Shown in pieces: positions 16,168 through 25,341 of a stretch of 38,713 bases of DNA. The translations under genes and the position numbers were made by a program. The notes under the pieces were generated by a model that saw only the letters and a list, made by a program, of their open reading frames with translations, made no database searches and was not told where the DNA came from. Every line of letters begins with the position of its first letter. The stretch's first letter is position 1. This DNA is from an uncultured bacterium (lineage in GTDB: Bacteria > Oederibacteriota > Muellerivitia > Muellerivitales > Muellerivitaceae), in assembly GCA_964531065.1 (NCBI GenBank), contig CAZHFP010000004.1:1-38713 (forward strand), read 5' to 3'.

Positions 16168-18231
16168 TTAAAGAGCCTGTGCTTTTTTTATAGCTTGATT
16201 GCCTTCCTCTCCTTTTCCTGCCGCGTTTAAAGAAACACCTAGATCATAGTAAAGGTGGGCGGCGGGATAGCCCTGTTGAATGGCGTTTTGATAGGACAGT
16301 GCCGCGGAGTTAAAGTCTCCTTCCAAGTAATTGAAAAAAGCGATTTTTTCCCAATAGAACGACTGGAGGAATCGGTCTCCCGTGATCTGATCTTTCCTGT
16401 CTTGGAGAAACACCGAGCATTGTTTCCATAAATCATTAGAAATATTGTTTTTGATTTCGAGATTTAATTGCCGGTAAACTAAATCGGCTTGGATCCAACG
16501 AGCCAATCGATCTTGGGGAATTTCAGAAACGGGAATTAGGAATATTCCGAATGGGGCCGGGTCTTTCGGCCCCTGCTTGTCGGTTTTTAAGATACCAAAT
16601 TTCAAGCCGGGGAAATTTTTAATAAGAAAAGGGGCGTATCGGGCATTAATAATGACGGCAGACCACCGAGGGACAATTTTGGGAAGGGAGTGGTTCTGGA
16701 GGACATCAAAGGGATAACAAGCGATATTGAGGGTCTTGTTATCGTAATCCATGTTGAATTCAGAGAAAACATACATGGGTCCGGATTCCCGGCTGAATTT
16801 TTCAAGAATTTCGTAAGCGTGGTGATATTCGGTATTACGCCATTGGAGTTTCGGATCAACTTTTTCAATCTGGGCATAATGCGCCGAATAGTTGAAGCCA
16901 TCTAAAAAGCAGGATCCCAAGATCAAAATCATGATGCCGCCCAACCGCCAGGACTTCTTTCCGCGCGGAGCAAGGCTGAGGGCTCCGGCGGCGGTCAAAA
17001 CCATGAGAAGAGGGAATAGGGGTAAAATCCGATAAAGATCAAGCCCATGGGATAAGAGTCCGGGCAGAGAGGAGAAAAAGAGGCAAAGGAATACGGTTCC
17101 AACCAAAAGAAAACTTTGGCTACGGATAAGATGAAGCAAACCGATGAACAGCATGGCCGCGAGGATGGGGTTTAACAACCCACCCCAATTTGGTCCAAAG
17201 GGAAAACTACCGGAACCATTCCAAAAGAGACCCTGCAGATACAAAGGAAAGGTTTTCCAGACATCCCACTCGCTCAGGTGCCGGAGATGGTTCATTTCTC
17301 CGGGAGCTAAACGCGCTCCCACCAGAGGCAGCGTAATAATTGCCGATAAGGCCACAAAAACCAGAATAAAAATAGGACGACTGGGTTTGAGGGTTACGCT
17401 GTGAAATACAACAGCCGTCAATAAAACGAGCCAGACGCCTGCCCAATTAGACCAGGTGTAAAATCCGGCCCCCGCCATGGCCGTAAGGACCAGTAAATTT
17501 ATCCATGGGGAACCGTTCTTTTGGGAATTTCGGAAGCGTCCCAACCACTCAAAACAAAAACATTGGAATAGGGGCACCAGGATGACCAAAGAACAAAGCC
17601 GGGTCAAGGTTAGCTCCCAGAAGGCAAAGGCGGTTATCCAGGTTATGAGCAGCGAGGGATAGTTTTCAAAAAACTGTTTGGCAGCCCGATAAGCGGCATA
17701 AACGGTCAAAAGGGAAAGGAAGGCGGGAAAAAACCTGATAGAGAAAAGGGAAGGCGGCACTAGTTTAAAATATAATCCCAGCATCCAATACATAATGGGT
17801 TCAACCCGGGATTGAGTCCAAAGCAAGTTCCAGGACCAATGATGGGACAAGTTCATTCCCAGCAGGGCTTCAATGCCTTCATCGGAAAGGGGCCAAAAAG
17901 GAAGGGTGGTGAGCCGGTAAAACCGCGTGAATAAAAGAAGACCGATGAATACAAGCCAAAGCCAAGCCACTGGTTCACTTCCTTTAGAGGCGGGAGTGAA
18001 TAGTTTGCTCAAACTACGATTTGAATTTTTAGTCCGTAACCGGCCCTCCCCGATTGTCCAAATTGCGAAAGCGAAGGGCAGAAACAGACCGAAGGTGCCA
18101 ATCCAAAGTTTGGCGGGAAGACTTAATGGAACATAGGAAAGGAAAGCGTTGGAGACAAGAAAGATTAAAAAATAAACCCAAGCATTGAATGGAACGTATG
18201 TGGAAAGGGACCCTATTACTCTTTTTTGCAT
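16168..18231 (-). CDS. GT-C fold membrane glycosyltransferase (ArnT/PMT family 39-like) with a C-terminal TPR region
   Basis: The N-terminal ~450 aa contain about 12 hydrophobic segments, with YRLTTLPFWPLSDEG in the first periplasmic loop (an Asp/Glu motif typical of GT-C enzymes). The soluble C-terminal part ends in TPR-like repeats (FNSAALSYQNAIQQGYPAAHLYYDLGVSLNAAGKGEEG). Confidence 0.6.
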   Translation of the reverse strand: MQKRVIGSLSTYVPFNAWVYFLIFLVSNAFLSYVPLSLPAKLWIGTFGLFLPFAFAIWTIGEGRLRTKNSNRSLSKLFTPASKGSEPVAWLWLVFIGLLLFTRFYRLTTLPFWPLSDEGIEALLGMNLSHHWSWNLLWTQSRVEPIMYWMLGLYFKLVPPSLFSIRFFPAFLSLLTVYAAYRAAKQFFENYPSLLITWITAFAFWELTLTRLCSLVILVPLFQCFCFEWLGRFRNSQKNGSPWINLLVLTAMAGAGFYTWSNWAGVWLVLLTAVVFHSVTLKPSRPIFILVFVALSAIITLPLVGARLAPGEMNHLRHLSEWDVWKTFPLYLQGLFWNGSGSFPFGPNWGGLLNPILAAMLFIGLLHLIRSQSFLLVGTVFLCLFFSSLPGLLSHGLDLYRILPLFPLLMVLTAAGALSLAPRGKKSWRLGGIMILILGSCFLDGFNYSAHYAQIEKVDPKLQWRNTEYHHAYEILEKFSRESGPMYVFSEFNMDYDNKTLNIACYPFDVLQNHSLPKIVPRWSAVIINARYAPFLIKNFPGLKFGILKTDKQGPKDPAPFGIFLIPVSEIPQDRLARWIQADLVYRQLNLEIKNNISNDLWKQCSVFLQDRKDQITGDRFLQSFYWEKIAFFNYLEGDFNSAALSYQNAIQQGYPAAHLYYDLGVSLNAAGKGEEGNQAIKKAQAL

Positions 18232-18270
18232 GAAGTGAATTTTAACATAAAAAACCGGGAACCTGGTTCT

Positions 18271-19869
18271 TCAAGCCATATCTTCCAATTGAAAGTTGGG
18301 GCATTTCTTTTTTGTATATTCCTTGTCCCAGGAAGTGCGGAAGAGGATCACCGGGCGGCCCCGTTTGTCCTTGGTTTTAAGGATGGCAACGGGGGCGTCG
18401 AAAGCTTCGGGATCGCCCACTAGCCAGGCGCTGCATTGAAAGGGAAGAAGCTCCAATTCGGTTTCAACGCCATATTCACCCTTTAAACGGTACTGCAAAA
18501 CATCGAACTGAAGCCGTCCGACCGCAGCGACAAAAAATTCCAATCCATCCCAACTGCTGAGCATTTGGACGGTGCCTTCGGCGGTCATTTGTTCCACACC
18601 CTTGTCGAAGGATTTGCGCTTGCCCACATCTTTTGGGCGGACGCGCGCGAAAATTTCCGGCTGGAAGGAAGGCAGGGGCTTAAAGTTAAAACCCCCGTCG
18701 AGGGAAATAGTATCGCCGATGGAAAAAATTCCGGGATTGATGACGCCCACCACATCGCCCGGATAGGCTAGATCCACCGTGTTGCGGTCCTGGGCCAGCA
18801 TGGAATGGGGGCGGGAGAGGCGCAGTTCCTTGTTCAACCGGTGGTGCTTCACGACTAGGTCGCGCTCAAACCGGCCCGAACAGATTCTTAGGAAAGCCGT
18901 GCTGTCCCGGTGTTTGGGATTCATGTTGGCTTGAAGTTTAAAAACGTAAGCGCTGAAGGATTTTTCAACCGGATCAATGGTAATTTCACCCTGGGGGGTA
19001 TCGGCCAGCCGGGGGCCGGGCGGCGGAGCCATCTCGACGAAAGCGTCGAAAAATGGCTCGACACCGAAATTGGTCAAGGCGGATGCGAAAAATACCGGAG
19101 TGACTTTTCCTTTCAGGAAGCTTTCGCGTTCGTAGGGGTTTCCAGCGATTTCCAGCAATTCCATGTCATGTTGTAGAATTTCCCAGAGCTCCTCGGAAAC
19201 GTGGGATTTGATGTCCGGATCCTTTAACGAAATTCTCTCGACCGCGGCTTTGGAGGCGCCGCCCACGGATTTTTTGGTGAAGAGAAGCAAGTCGCCTACC
19301 CGCCGGTCCACCACACCCACAAATTCCCGGCCGCTTCCTACTGGCCAGTTGATTGGGGAAGAATGGATACCCAGCACCTGCTCGACTTCCTGCATCAGGT
19401 CCAAAGGATCCCGGCCGGGTAGGTCCATCTTATTGATGAAGGTCATGACGGGGATTCCCCGAAGGCGGCAGACCTCAAAGAGCTTGCGGGTCTGGGTCTC
19501 CACACCCTTGGCCGCGTCAATGACCATGATGGCGCAATCGGCGGCGGTTAAGGTGCGGTAGGTGTCCTCGGAAAAGTCTTGATGGCCAGGCGTGTCCAAC
19601 ACGTTGATCACGGCTTTCTTATAAGGAAACTGCATGGCCGAGGCGGTAATGGAAATACCCCGTTCCTGTTCCATGCCCATCCAATCGGAGACGGCCACTT
19701 TGCCGCCCTTGCGCCCTCGCACCATGCCCGCGGTCTGGATCATGCCGGAATAAAGCAGGAGTTTTTCGGTCAAGGTGGTCTTGCCAGCGTCCGGATGGCT
19801 GATGATGGCGAAGGTTCGGCGCTTGGCGATCGCGTTTTTAATTTCAGTGATGAGAGCTGGGTCGTTCAT
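18271..19869 (-). CDS. prfC: Peptide chain release factor 3 (GTPase)
   Basis: Contains RRTFAIISHPDAGKTTLTEKLLL (G1), DTPGHQDF (G3) and NKMD (G4), and the 532-aa length matches RF3. Confidence 0.92.
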   Translation of the reverse strand: MNDPALITEIKNAIAKRRTFAIISHPDAGKTTLTEKLLLYSGMIQTAGMVRGRKGGKVAVSDWMGMEQERGISITASAMQFPYKKAVINVLDTPGHQDFSEDTYRTLTAADCAIMVIDAAKGVETQTRKLFEVCRLRGIPVMTFINKMDLPGRDPLDLMQEVEQVLGIHSSPINWPVGSGREFVGVVDRRVGDLLLFTKKSVGGASKAAVERISLKDPDIKSHVSEELWEILQHDMELLEIAGNPYERESFLKGKVTPVFFASALTNFGVEPFFDAFVEMAPPPGPRLADTPQGEITIDPVEKSFSAYVFKLQANMNPKHRDSTAFLRICSGRFERDLVVKHHRLNKELRLSRPHSMLAQDRNTVDLAYPGDVVGVINPGIFSIGDTISLDGGFNFKPLPSFQPEIFARVRPKDVGKRKSFDKGVEQMTAEGTVQMLSSWDGLEFFVAAVGRLQFDVLQYRLKGEYGVETELELLPFQCSAWLVGDPEAFDAPVAILKTKDKRGRPVILFRTSWDKEYTKKKCPNFQLEDMA

Positions 19870-20005
19870 GCCGACATTCCTTTAAGGTGCCGTAAAAATG
19901 ATGCATCGGCACAGGGAGGCGCATTCTACCAAACTATGGTCTTTTCTTGGGATTGGGGTTCAAGTAAAGTAAGCGCAGTCTTTCATAAAATTCTTGGGAT
20001 TATTT

Positions 20006-21091
20006 ATGCGAAATACCTTTTGTTTGGAATGGGACCAGGCCCACGGCGCCAAGCTGGTGGATTTCCACGGCTGGAACATGCCCGTTTCCTACGCCAAGGG
20101 CATTCTGGCCGAGCACGAGGCCACCCGAACCAGCGCCGGACTTTTTAACATTTCCCACATGGGCCGGCTCCGAATCCACGGCCCGCAAGCTTACAAACTT
20201 TCCCAATACGCTTTCACCAATGATTTGACGAAATGCCCTATTGGCAGCGCTTTATACGGATTCCTCCTCAACGATAAAGGCGGCGTCATCGATGATGTCA
20301 TCATCTATAAAGAAGCCAACGATCGGTTCCTCTGGATTATTAACGCCGGGGGCCGGGAAACGGACGTGGAGCATTTGAAGCGCTTGTCTTCGGGCAAGGA
20401 TTTAACCATGGAGGTCCTTTCGGACTCGACCGCTTTACTCGCCCTGCAAGGCCCGAAGGCGGATGCGGTTTTAAAACGACTCGTGAAGGATGTGGACCTG
20501 GATAAAGTTCCTTATTTCGGTTTTGGGCGCGGCACCCTCCAGGGAAAATCAGTTTTTATCATGGCCACCGGCTACACCGGGGAAGATGGTTATGAAATCA
20601 TGGTGGACGTAAAAGACGCGCCGATGATTTGGGACCTGCTCACGGCCGAGCCGGAAGTAACAGCCTGCGGGCTGGGCGCTAGAGATTCTTTGAGGCTGGA
20701 AGCGGGGCTCCCGCTTCATGGCAATGATATTGATGAAACCACCCAGCCTTTCGAGGCAGGGTTGGGCTGGGCCGTGAAGATGGAAAAAGAAGGCGGATTT
20801 TTCGGCAGGGAAGCGCTTAACAAAACCCCAAGCCGCAAATTGATCGGGTTGACGCTGGAGGGCAACAACATTCCCCGTTCCCATTACAAAATCATTTCCG
20901 AGGGACAGGAAGTGGGCGTCGTCACCAGCGGTGTTTTTTCCCCCTCACTCAAAAAGGGAATCGCCTTGGCTTACGTGAAGGCGGAGTTTCTCGACAAACC
21001 CCTGGCCGTTGATATTCGGGGAAAGGCGGTCCCCGCGGTTACAACCAAACTGCCCTGGGTGCGTCATGTCACCAAATCCAAAGCCAAATAA
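20006..21091 (+). CDS. gcvT: Glycine cleavage system T protein (aminomethyltransferase)
   Basis: Contains GAKLVDFHGWNMPVSY, AGLFNISHMGRL, GYTGEDGYEI and LGARDSLRLEAGLPLHGND. The likely start is the ATG at 20006; the ORF-track start is TTG 19994. Confidence 0.92.
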   Translation: MRNTFCLEWDQAHGAKLVDFHGWNMPVSYAKGILAEHEATRTSAGLFNISHMGRLRIHGPQAYKLSQYAFTNDLTKCPIGSALYGFLLNDKGGVIDDVIIYKEANDRFLWIINAGGRETDVEHLKRLSSGKDLTMEVLSDSTALLALQGPKADAVLKRLVKDVDLDKVPYFGFGRGTLQGKSVFIMATGYTGEDGYEIMVDVKDAPMIWDLLTAEPEVTACGLGARDSLRLEAGLPLHGNDIDETTQPFEAGLGWAVKMEKEGGFFGREALNKTPSRKLIGLTLEGNNIPRSHYKIISEGQEVGVVTSGVFSPSLKKGIALAYVKAEFLDKPLAVDIRGKAVPAVTTKLPWVRHVTKSKAK

Positions 21092-21107
21092 AGGGCGGAG
21101 GTTTGAA

Positions 21108-21260
21108 ATGCTCGATGAAATGCCGATGGAAGCAAAGGTAAAAAAACCACTCTCGGGTTTCAAAAAGCTTTTGATTCTTTTGGTTTATGCCGGTATTGCC
21201 CTACTGGCGGTTTACGCTTTCTATAAGACCTTTGTTGAGGTCGGTATTATTAAATATTAA
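21108..21260 (+). CDS. Small membrane protein (50 aa)
   Basis: GGAGG lies 6 nt upstream of the ATG at 21108. The sequence is MLDEMPMEAKVKKPLSGFKKLLILLVYAGIALLAVYAFYKTFVEVGIIKY, with one TM helix. The ORF-track version (21009 onward) overlaps gcvT. Confidence 0.4.
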   Translation: MLDEMPMEAKVKKPLSGFKKLLILLVYAGIALLAVYAFYKTFVEVGIIKY

Positions 21261-21287
21261 ACCCAGCCAGACTGGTTCGGAGGGGCC

Positions 21288-21848
21288 GTGCCGCCTAAGC
21301 ATCATCTTCCACCCGGTTATGATCCTCAAAAAGACAGGATCGAGATCGCGCCTTATGACCCCTCTTGGCCCAGCCTTTATGCCCTAGAGGAAGCGGCTCT
21401 TCGAAAAGCGCTCTCGCAGGCTTCCGGACTTTTAATTGAACATATTGGCAGCACCTCCATACCAGGCCTGGCCGCAAAACCCATTATCGACATCATGATG
21501 GCCCTGGAATCTCGAGAACGTTGGCCTCAGTTAATTCAACCTCTTGAATCGATTAGCTTTATCCATGGGAAAGATGCTTTCGATGAATATCATTGGTTTT
21601 TTGTCAAGGGGATGCCGCCCTACGGTGAAAGACGGACCCACCAAATTCACCTCATGGAATATCAAAGTCCTCTCTGGAAGGAGCATTTGGCTTTTCGCGA
21701 CTACTTGAAGAACCATGTGGAAGACGCCCGACGGTATGAAACTTTGAAAAAGGAATTGGCGGTGAAATTTTCCATCGACCGAGAGGCCTATACCGAGGCC
21801 AAGACGGATTTTATCAAAGGTGTTCTTCAAAAAATCAGCCATCAATAA
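21288..21848 (+). CDS. GrpB family protein (UPF0157)
   Basis: Contains IEHIGSTSIPGLAAKPIIDIM, the characteristic GrpB motif. The start is GTG. Confidence 0.75.
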   Translation: MPPKHHLPPGYDPQKDRIEIAPYDPSWPSLYALEEAALRKALSQASGLLIEHIGSTSIPGLAAKPIIDIMMALESRERWPQLIQPLESISFIHGKDAFDEYHWFFVKGMPPYGERRTHQIHLMEYQSPLWKEHLAFRDYLKNHVEDARRYETLKKELAVKFSIDREAYTEAKTDFIKGVLQKISHQ

Positions 21849-21924
21849 GCTGGAAAACTTCCCGGTTTTTGATATAGTTTTGCCTTCACCACGCCTCTCC
21901 AACACCATTCCACGAAAAATTCGT

Positions 21925-21988
21925 TTAGCTGGTAGCCGTTAGCCATTGGCTGTTAGCTAAAATCTAACAGCTATCCGCCGACCGCTGC
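21925..21988. repeat. AGCTG/TTAGC-type degenerate palindromic repeat, copy II, upstream of gcvH
   Basis: The sequence is TTAGCTGGTAGCCGTTAGCCATTGGCTGTTAGCTAAAATCTAACAGCTATCCGCCGACCGCTGCC. It contains the palindrome AGCCATTGGCT and the hairpin GCTGTTAG-CTAAAAT-CTAACAGC (21949-21971). Its word composition is related to copies I, III and IV. Confidence 0.45.
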
Positions 21989-22004
21989 CTTTCAAGGAGC
22001 CTCC

Positions 22005-22373
22005 ATGCGCAAGTTCGCCAAGACCCACGAATGGTATGAGGATTTAGGGAGCGGCAAGGTCCGCATCGGTATTTCCAAGCACGCGGCTCATGAATTGTCA
22101 GACGTTGTTTTTGTCGAACTGCCGGATGTTGGAAAAAAACTCGCGGAAAAGCAAAGCCTCTGCATCCTCGAATCGGTCAAGGCTGTGGCCGACGCCTATT
22201 CCCCCGCTGGCACGGTGGTCGAAGTCAATAACGCGCTCAAAGACAAGGCCTCCCTTGTCAACGAAGACCCGGAAGGGGCGGGCTGGATCGCGGTTGTGCA
22301 GTTGGACAACCCGAAGGCCCTGGACGAATACATGGTGGAAGCCGATTATCTCAAGACGATCGTCGCTCATTAA
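22005..22373 (+). CDS. gcvH: Glycine cleavage system H protein (lipoyl carrier)
   Basis: GGAG lies upstream of the start. The lipoyl-lysine motif is ILESVKAVADAYSP, and EDPEGAGWI follows. Confidence 0.92.
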   Translation: MRKFAKTHEWYEDLGSGKVRIGISKHAAHELSDVVFVELPDVGKKLAEKQSLCILESVKAVADAYSPAGTVVEVNNALKDKASLVNEDPEGAGWIAVVQLDNPKALDEYMVEADYLKTIVAH

Positions 22374-22379
22374 AAGCTT

Positions 22380-22427
22380 GTAGGGGCGCGATTTATCGCG
22401 CCCAGGCGTCATGAATGCCGCCCCTAC
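22380..22427. repeat. REPIN-like doublet of inverted GTAG-headed REP units
   Basis: The sequence is GTAGGGGCGCGATTTATCGCGCCCAGGCGTCATGAATGCCGCCCCTAC. The left unit is GTAG plus the hairpin GGGCGCGA-TTTA-TCGCGCCC. The right unit, read on the other strand, is GTAGGGGCGGCATTCATGACGCC. The outer 9 nt are mutually complementary. The doublet is about 80 percent identical to 34866-34914. Confidence 0.7.
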
Positions 22428-22454
22428 AGTTATTAAAATTTGCGGAGCAAAATT

Positions 22455-25184
22455 TTGGCGTACATCCCGATCACCCCTGAAGACGAAAATGAAATGCTGA
22501 AGACCATCGGCGTTAAGTCCCTCGACGACCTCTTTTCAGATGTGCCGCCTTCCCAAATCCTCAAAAACGGCCTCAATGTTCCGGCGGGGCTTTCCGAACC
22601 CGAACTCAAGCGCTGGTTCAATCTCATCGGCAAAAACAACCAGCCCGTTTCCGACCGGCCCTGTTTTTTGGGCGCGGGGCTCTATTACCATGAGGTTCCC
22701 GCGGCCGTGAAGGCCATGGTCACCCGGCCTGAATTTCTGACTTCTTACACGCCCTACCAGCCTGAGATTTCGCAAGGAACCCTGCAGGTTCTCTATGATT
22801 TTCAAACTTACATGGTGGAACTGACCGGGCTGGAAGTATCCAACGCTTCTTTATATGACGGCGCGACCGCCGTGGCGGAAGCGGTTCTGCTGGGCATGCG
22901 CGCCCGTAAAAACCCGAGCCAGGTTCTCTTGTCCCGGGCTTTGCACCCCGAATACCGCCAAACCATCGCCACTTATCTGGCGCCGAAAAATATTAAAATC
23001 GTTGAAATCCCCTTGAAGGGAACGGAGACGGATCTGACGGCTTTAGAAAAGATGATCACGCCCGAATCCGTGGTGGTTCTCCAGTCTTCCAATTTTTTCG
23101 GGACCTTTGAGGAAGTGGAGAAGGCCGGGAAAATCTGCAAGGCCAAGAACGCTTTTTTCGTCCTGGCCGTGGCGGAGGCCATGAATATGGCCCTCATGCC
23201 GACGGCCGGTTCCCTAGGCGTGGACGCCTGCGCCGGGAGCGCCCAGTCCTTTGGCAATATCCTGGCTTTCGGCGGGCCCCACGCGGGTTTTTTAACCGCC
23301 AAAATGGCCGATATCCGCCAGATGCCGGGCCGCATTGTGGGCGCTACGACCGACCGGGAAGGACGAGAAGGCCTAGTCCTTACCTTCCAAGCGAGGGAAC
23401 AGCATATCCGCCGTGAGCGGGCCATGAGCAACGTCTGCACGACCCAATCCCTCATGGCCAACTTCGCTTCGGCCTGGCTTTATTTCAAGGGCGGCAAGGG
23501 AGCGCAGGAGGTCGCGAAGCAAGGCGTTGCCAACGCGCATTTTCTGGCGGAGGGACTTTCCAAATTCCCCGGCTTCAAGATTGAATCCATTCGATACTCC
23601 AATGAATTTGTGGTCCGGCCGCCCAAGCCCGGGTTCGGGGATTTCCTGGCGGAATGGGGGTTGGTCGCACCTTACGATTTATCCGCCGATTATCCGGAGT
23701 TCAAGGATTGCGTGCTCGTTTGCTGCACCGAGATGACCCATGTGGAGGATTTAGAAAGTTTTCTTTCAGCTTGTGAGGAATTTTCGGGAGCCGCGCATAA
23801 AGGAAAAGTGCACGAAAAACCGAAGGCCCTGCCCGCCTGGATCGGGAACCGTCCGGCGCCCAACATTCCCGCCCACTTTGAGGTGGAATTGATCCGCTAC
23901 TATACCGCTCTCGCTAAGAAGAACTTCTGTATCGACAGCGGTTTTTATCCGTTGGGTTCCTGCACCATGAAATACAACCCGAGGGTCCACGAGGAAATCG
24001 CCTTCCACGATAATTGGGCCAATATCCATCCCGCCCAAAGGGAAGACGAAGTTCAAGGCGCGCTCCAGGTGATTTATGAATTGGAACAGTGGCTCAAGGA
24101 AGTTACGGGCTGCCACGCCTTAACCCTTCAGCCCGCCGCCGGAGCCCAAGGGGAGCTCACCGCTCTTCTGATGGCCCGAAAATATTTCGCCGATAGGGGA
24201 GAACCGCAAAGGGTCAATGTGATCGTGCCGGACTCGGCCCATGGCACCAACCCGGCTTCCGCCACCATGGCGGGCTGGAACACGGTTTCGATCCCGACGG
24301 ACGCTAGGGGCAACATGGACGTGGCCGCGCTGAAAGCCAAGGTGGGCAAGGACACGGCGGTCTTGATGCTGACGAACCCCAGCACGCTCGGGTTGTTCGA
24401 GGAACATATTTTGGAAGTGGCCAAGATTGTGCATGACGCGGGGGGACTTCTTTATTATGACGGCGCCAATATGAACGCCATTGTGGGGATCTGCCGTCCG
24501 GCGGATATGGGGTTCGATCTGGTGCATTTAAATCTTCATAAAACTTTTTCTCAGCCCCATGGCGGCGGCGGACCTGGTTCGGGTCCGGTCGGCTGCAGCA
24601 AAACTCTGGAGCCTTATTTGCCGGAGCCGAGGGCTTTCAAAGAAGGGAACCGCTATTATTTAAAATCCGGTTCGCCCCAATCCATCGGGCGCATGAAAAG
24701 CAACGTGGGAAACCACGGAGTTTTGGTCCGTTCCCTCGCCTATTGCAAGCGCAACGGCAAAGAAGGCCTGGAGCGCATCGGGCGTATCGCCACCTTGAAC
24801 GCCAACTATCTTTTGGCGCTTTTACGGAACCACTATCCTCTGGCTTTTGACCGGGTTTGCAAGCACGAGTTTGTCTTTACCGCTGAGCCCTTAAAGAAAC
24901 AATACGGCATCTCGGCGCTGGATATCGCCAAGCGCATGATCGATTTCAACTACCATCCGCCCACCATTTATTTCCCACTGGTGGTGCCGGAAGCCATGAT
25001 GTTTGAGCCCACGGAAACCGAAACTAAAGCCACTTTGGATGAGTTCGCGAAGGTGATGATCCAGATCCGTAAAGAAATGGAAACCAATCCGGACGTCTTC
25101 AAAAACGCGCCCTACTCGACGCCCGTCTCGAGATTGGACGAGGTCAAGGCCGTGAAGGAACCGAAACTGGTAAAGAAACTTTAA
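22455..25184 (+). CDS. gcvP: Glycine dehydrogenase (decarboxylating), with subunit 1 (GcvPA) and subunit 2 (GcvPB) fused in one polypeptide
   Basis: The N-terminal half is GcvPA-like (AYIPITPEDENEMLKTIGVKSLDDLF...TPYQPEISQGTLQ). The C-terminal half is GcvPB-like (ELIRYYTALAKKNFCIDSGFYPLGSCTMKYNP...NLHKTFSQPHGGGGPG, including the PLP lysine). The reading frame is continuous. The ORF-track start is TTG 22440, but the in-frame TTG at 22455 has GGAG 7 nt upstream. Confidence 0.88.
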   Translation: MAYIPITPEDENEMLKTIGVKSLDDLFSDVPPSQILKNGLNVPAGLSEPELKRWFNLIGKNNQPVSDRPCFLGAGLYYHEVPAAVKAMVTRPEFLTSYTPYQPEISQGTLQVLYDFQTYMVELTGLEVSNASLYDGATAVAEAVLLGMRARKNPSQVLLSRALHPEYRQTIATYLAPKNIKIVEIPLKGTETDLTALEKMITPESVVVLQSSNFFGTFEEVEKAGKICKAKNAFFVLAVAEAMNMALMPTAGSLGVDACAGSAQSFGNILAFGGPHAGFLTAKMADIRQMPGRIVGATTDREGREGLVLTFQAREQHIRRERAMSNVCTTQSLMANFASAWLYFKGGKGAQEVAKQGVANAHFLAEGLSKFPGFKIESIRYSNEFVVRPPKPGFGDFLAEWGLVAPYDLSADYPEFKDCVLVCCTEMTHVEDLESFLSACEEFSGAAHKGKVHEKPKALPAWIGNRPAPNIPAHFEVELIRYYTALAKKNFCIDSGFYPLGSCTMKYNPRVHEEIAFHDNWANIHPAQREDEVQGALQVIYELEQWLKEVTGCHALTLQPAAGAQGELTALLMARKYFADRGEPQRVNVIVPDSAHGTNPASATMAGWNTVSIPTDARGNMDVAALKAKVGKDTAVLMLTNPSTLGLFEEHILEVAKIVHDAGGLLYYDGANMNAIVGICRPADMGFDLVHLNLHKTFSQPHGGGGPGSGPVGCSKTLEPYLPEPRAFKEGNRYYLKSGSPQSIGRMKSNVGNHGVLVRSLAYCKRNGKEGLERIGRIATLNANYLLALLRNHYPLAFDRVCKHEFVFTAEPLKKQYGISALDIAKRMIDFNYHPPTIYFPLVVPEAMMFEPTETETKATLDEFAKVMIQIRKEMETNPDVFKNAPYSTPVSRLDEVKAVKEPKLVKKL

Positions 25185-25201
25185 ATCAAAACCCATTTGA
25201 A

Positions 25202-25312
25202 CCACGAAGGTCACCAAGTTCACCAAGAAGGATAAAATCAAAGCCTGGATTTTTTTGGACTTCCAACCTATTTGGTTTTCGCTTTTCTTGGTGTACTTGG
25301 TGACCTTGGTGG
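25202..25312. repeat. Long imperfect inverted repeat (~29-nt arms, ~50-nt loop) between gcvP and lipA
   Basis: The left arm is CCACGAAGGTCACCAAGTTCACCAAGAAGG. The right arm is CTTTTCTTGGTGTACTTGGTGACCTTGGTGG. The reverse complement of the right arm differs from the left arm at about 3 positions. Confidence 0.65.
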
Positions 25313-25341
25313 TAAAACTGATTTTTTGTTAGGGGTTTTTA

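Noticed and set aside
19870-20005. Possible glycine riboswitch upstream of gcvT
   Set aside because: The 136-nt prfC/gcvT divergent spacer lacks the conserved glycine-aptamer elements I know (GGAGAG...CACCGAAGGGGCAA...CTCTGGAGAG...GGAC). It is also too short for a tandem aptamer. A covariance-model scan would settle the question.
21009-21107. Upstream part of the 83-aa ORF overlapping the gcvT 3' end
   Set aside because: It overlaps gcvT in another frame. A GGAGG-preceded ATG at 21108 gives a cleaner 50-aa membrane protein.
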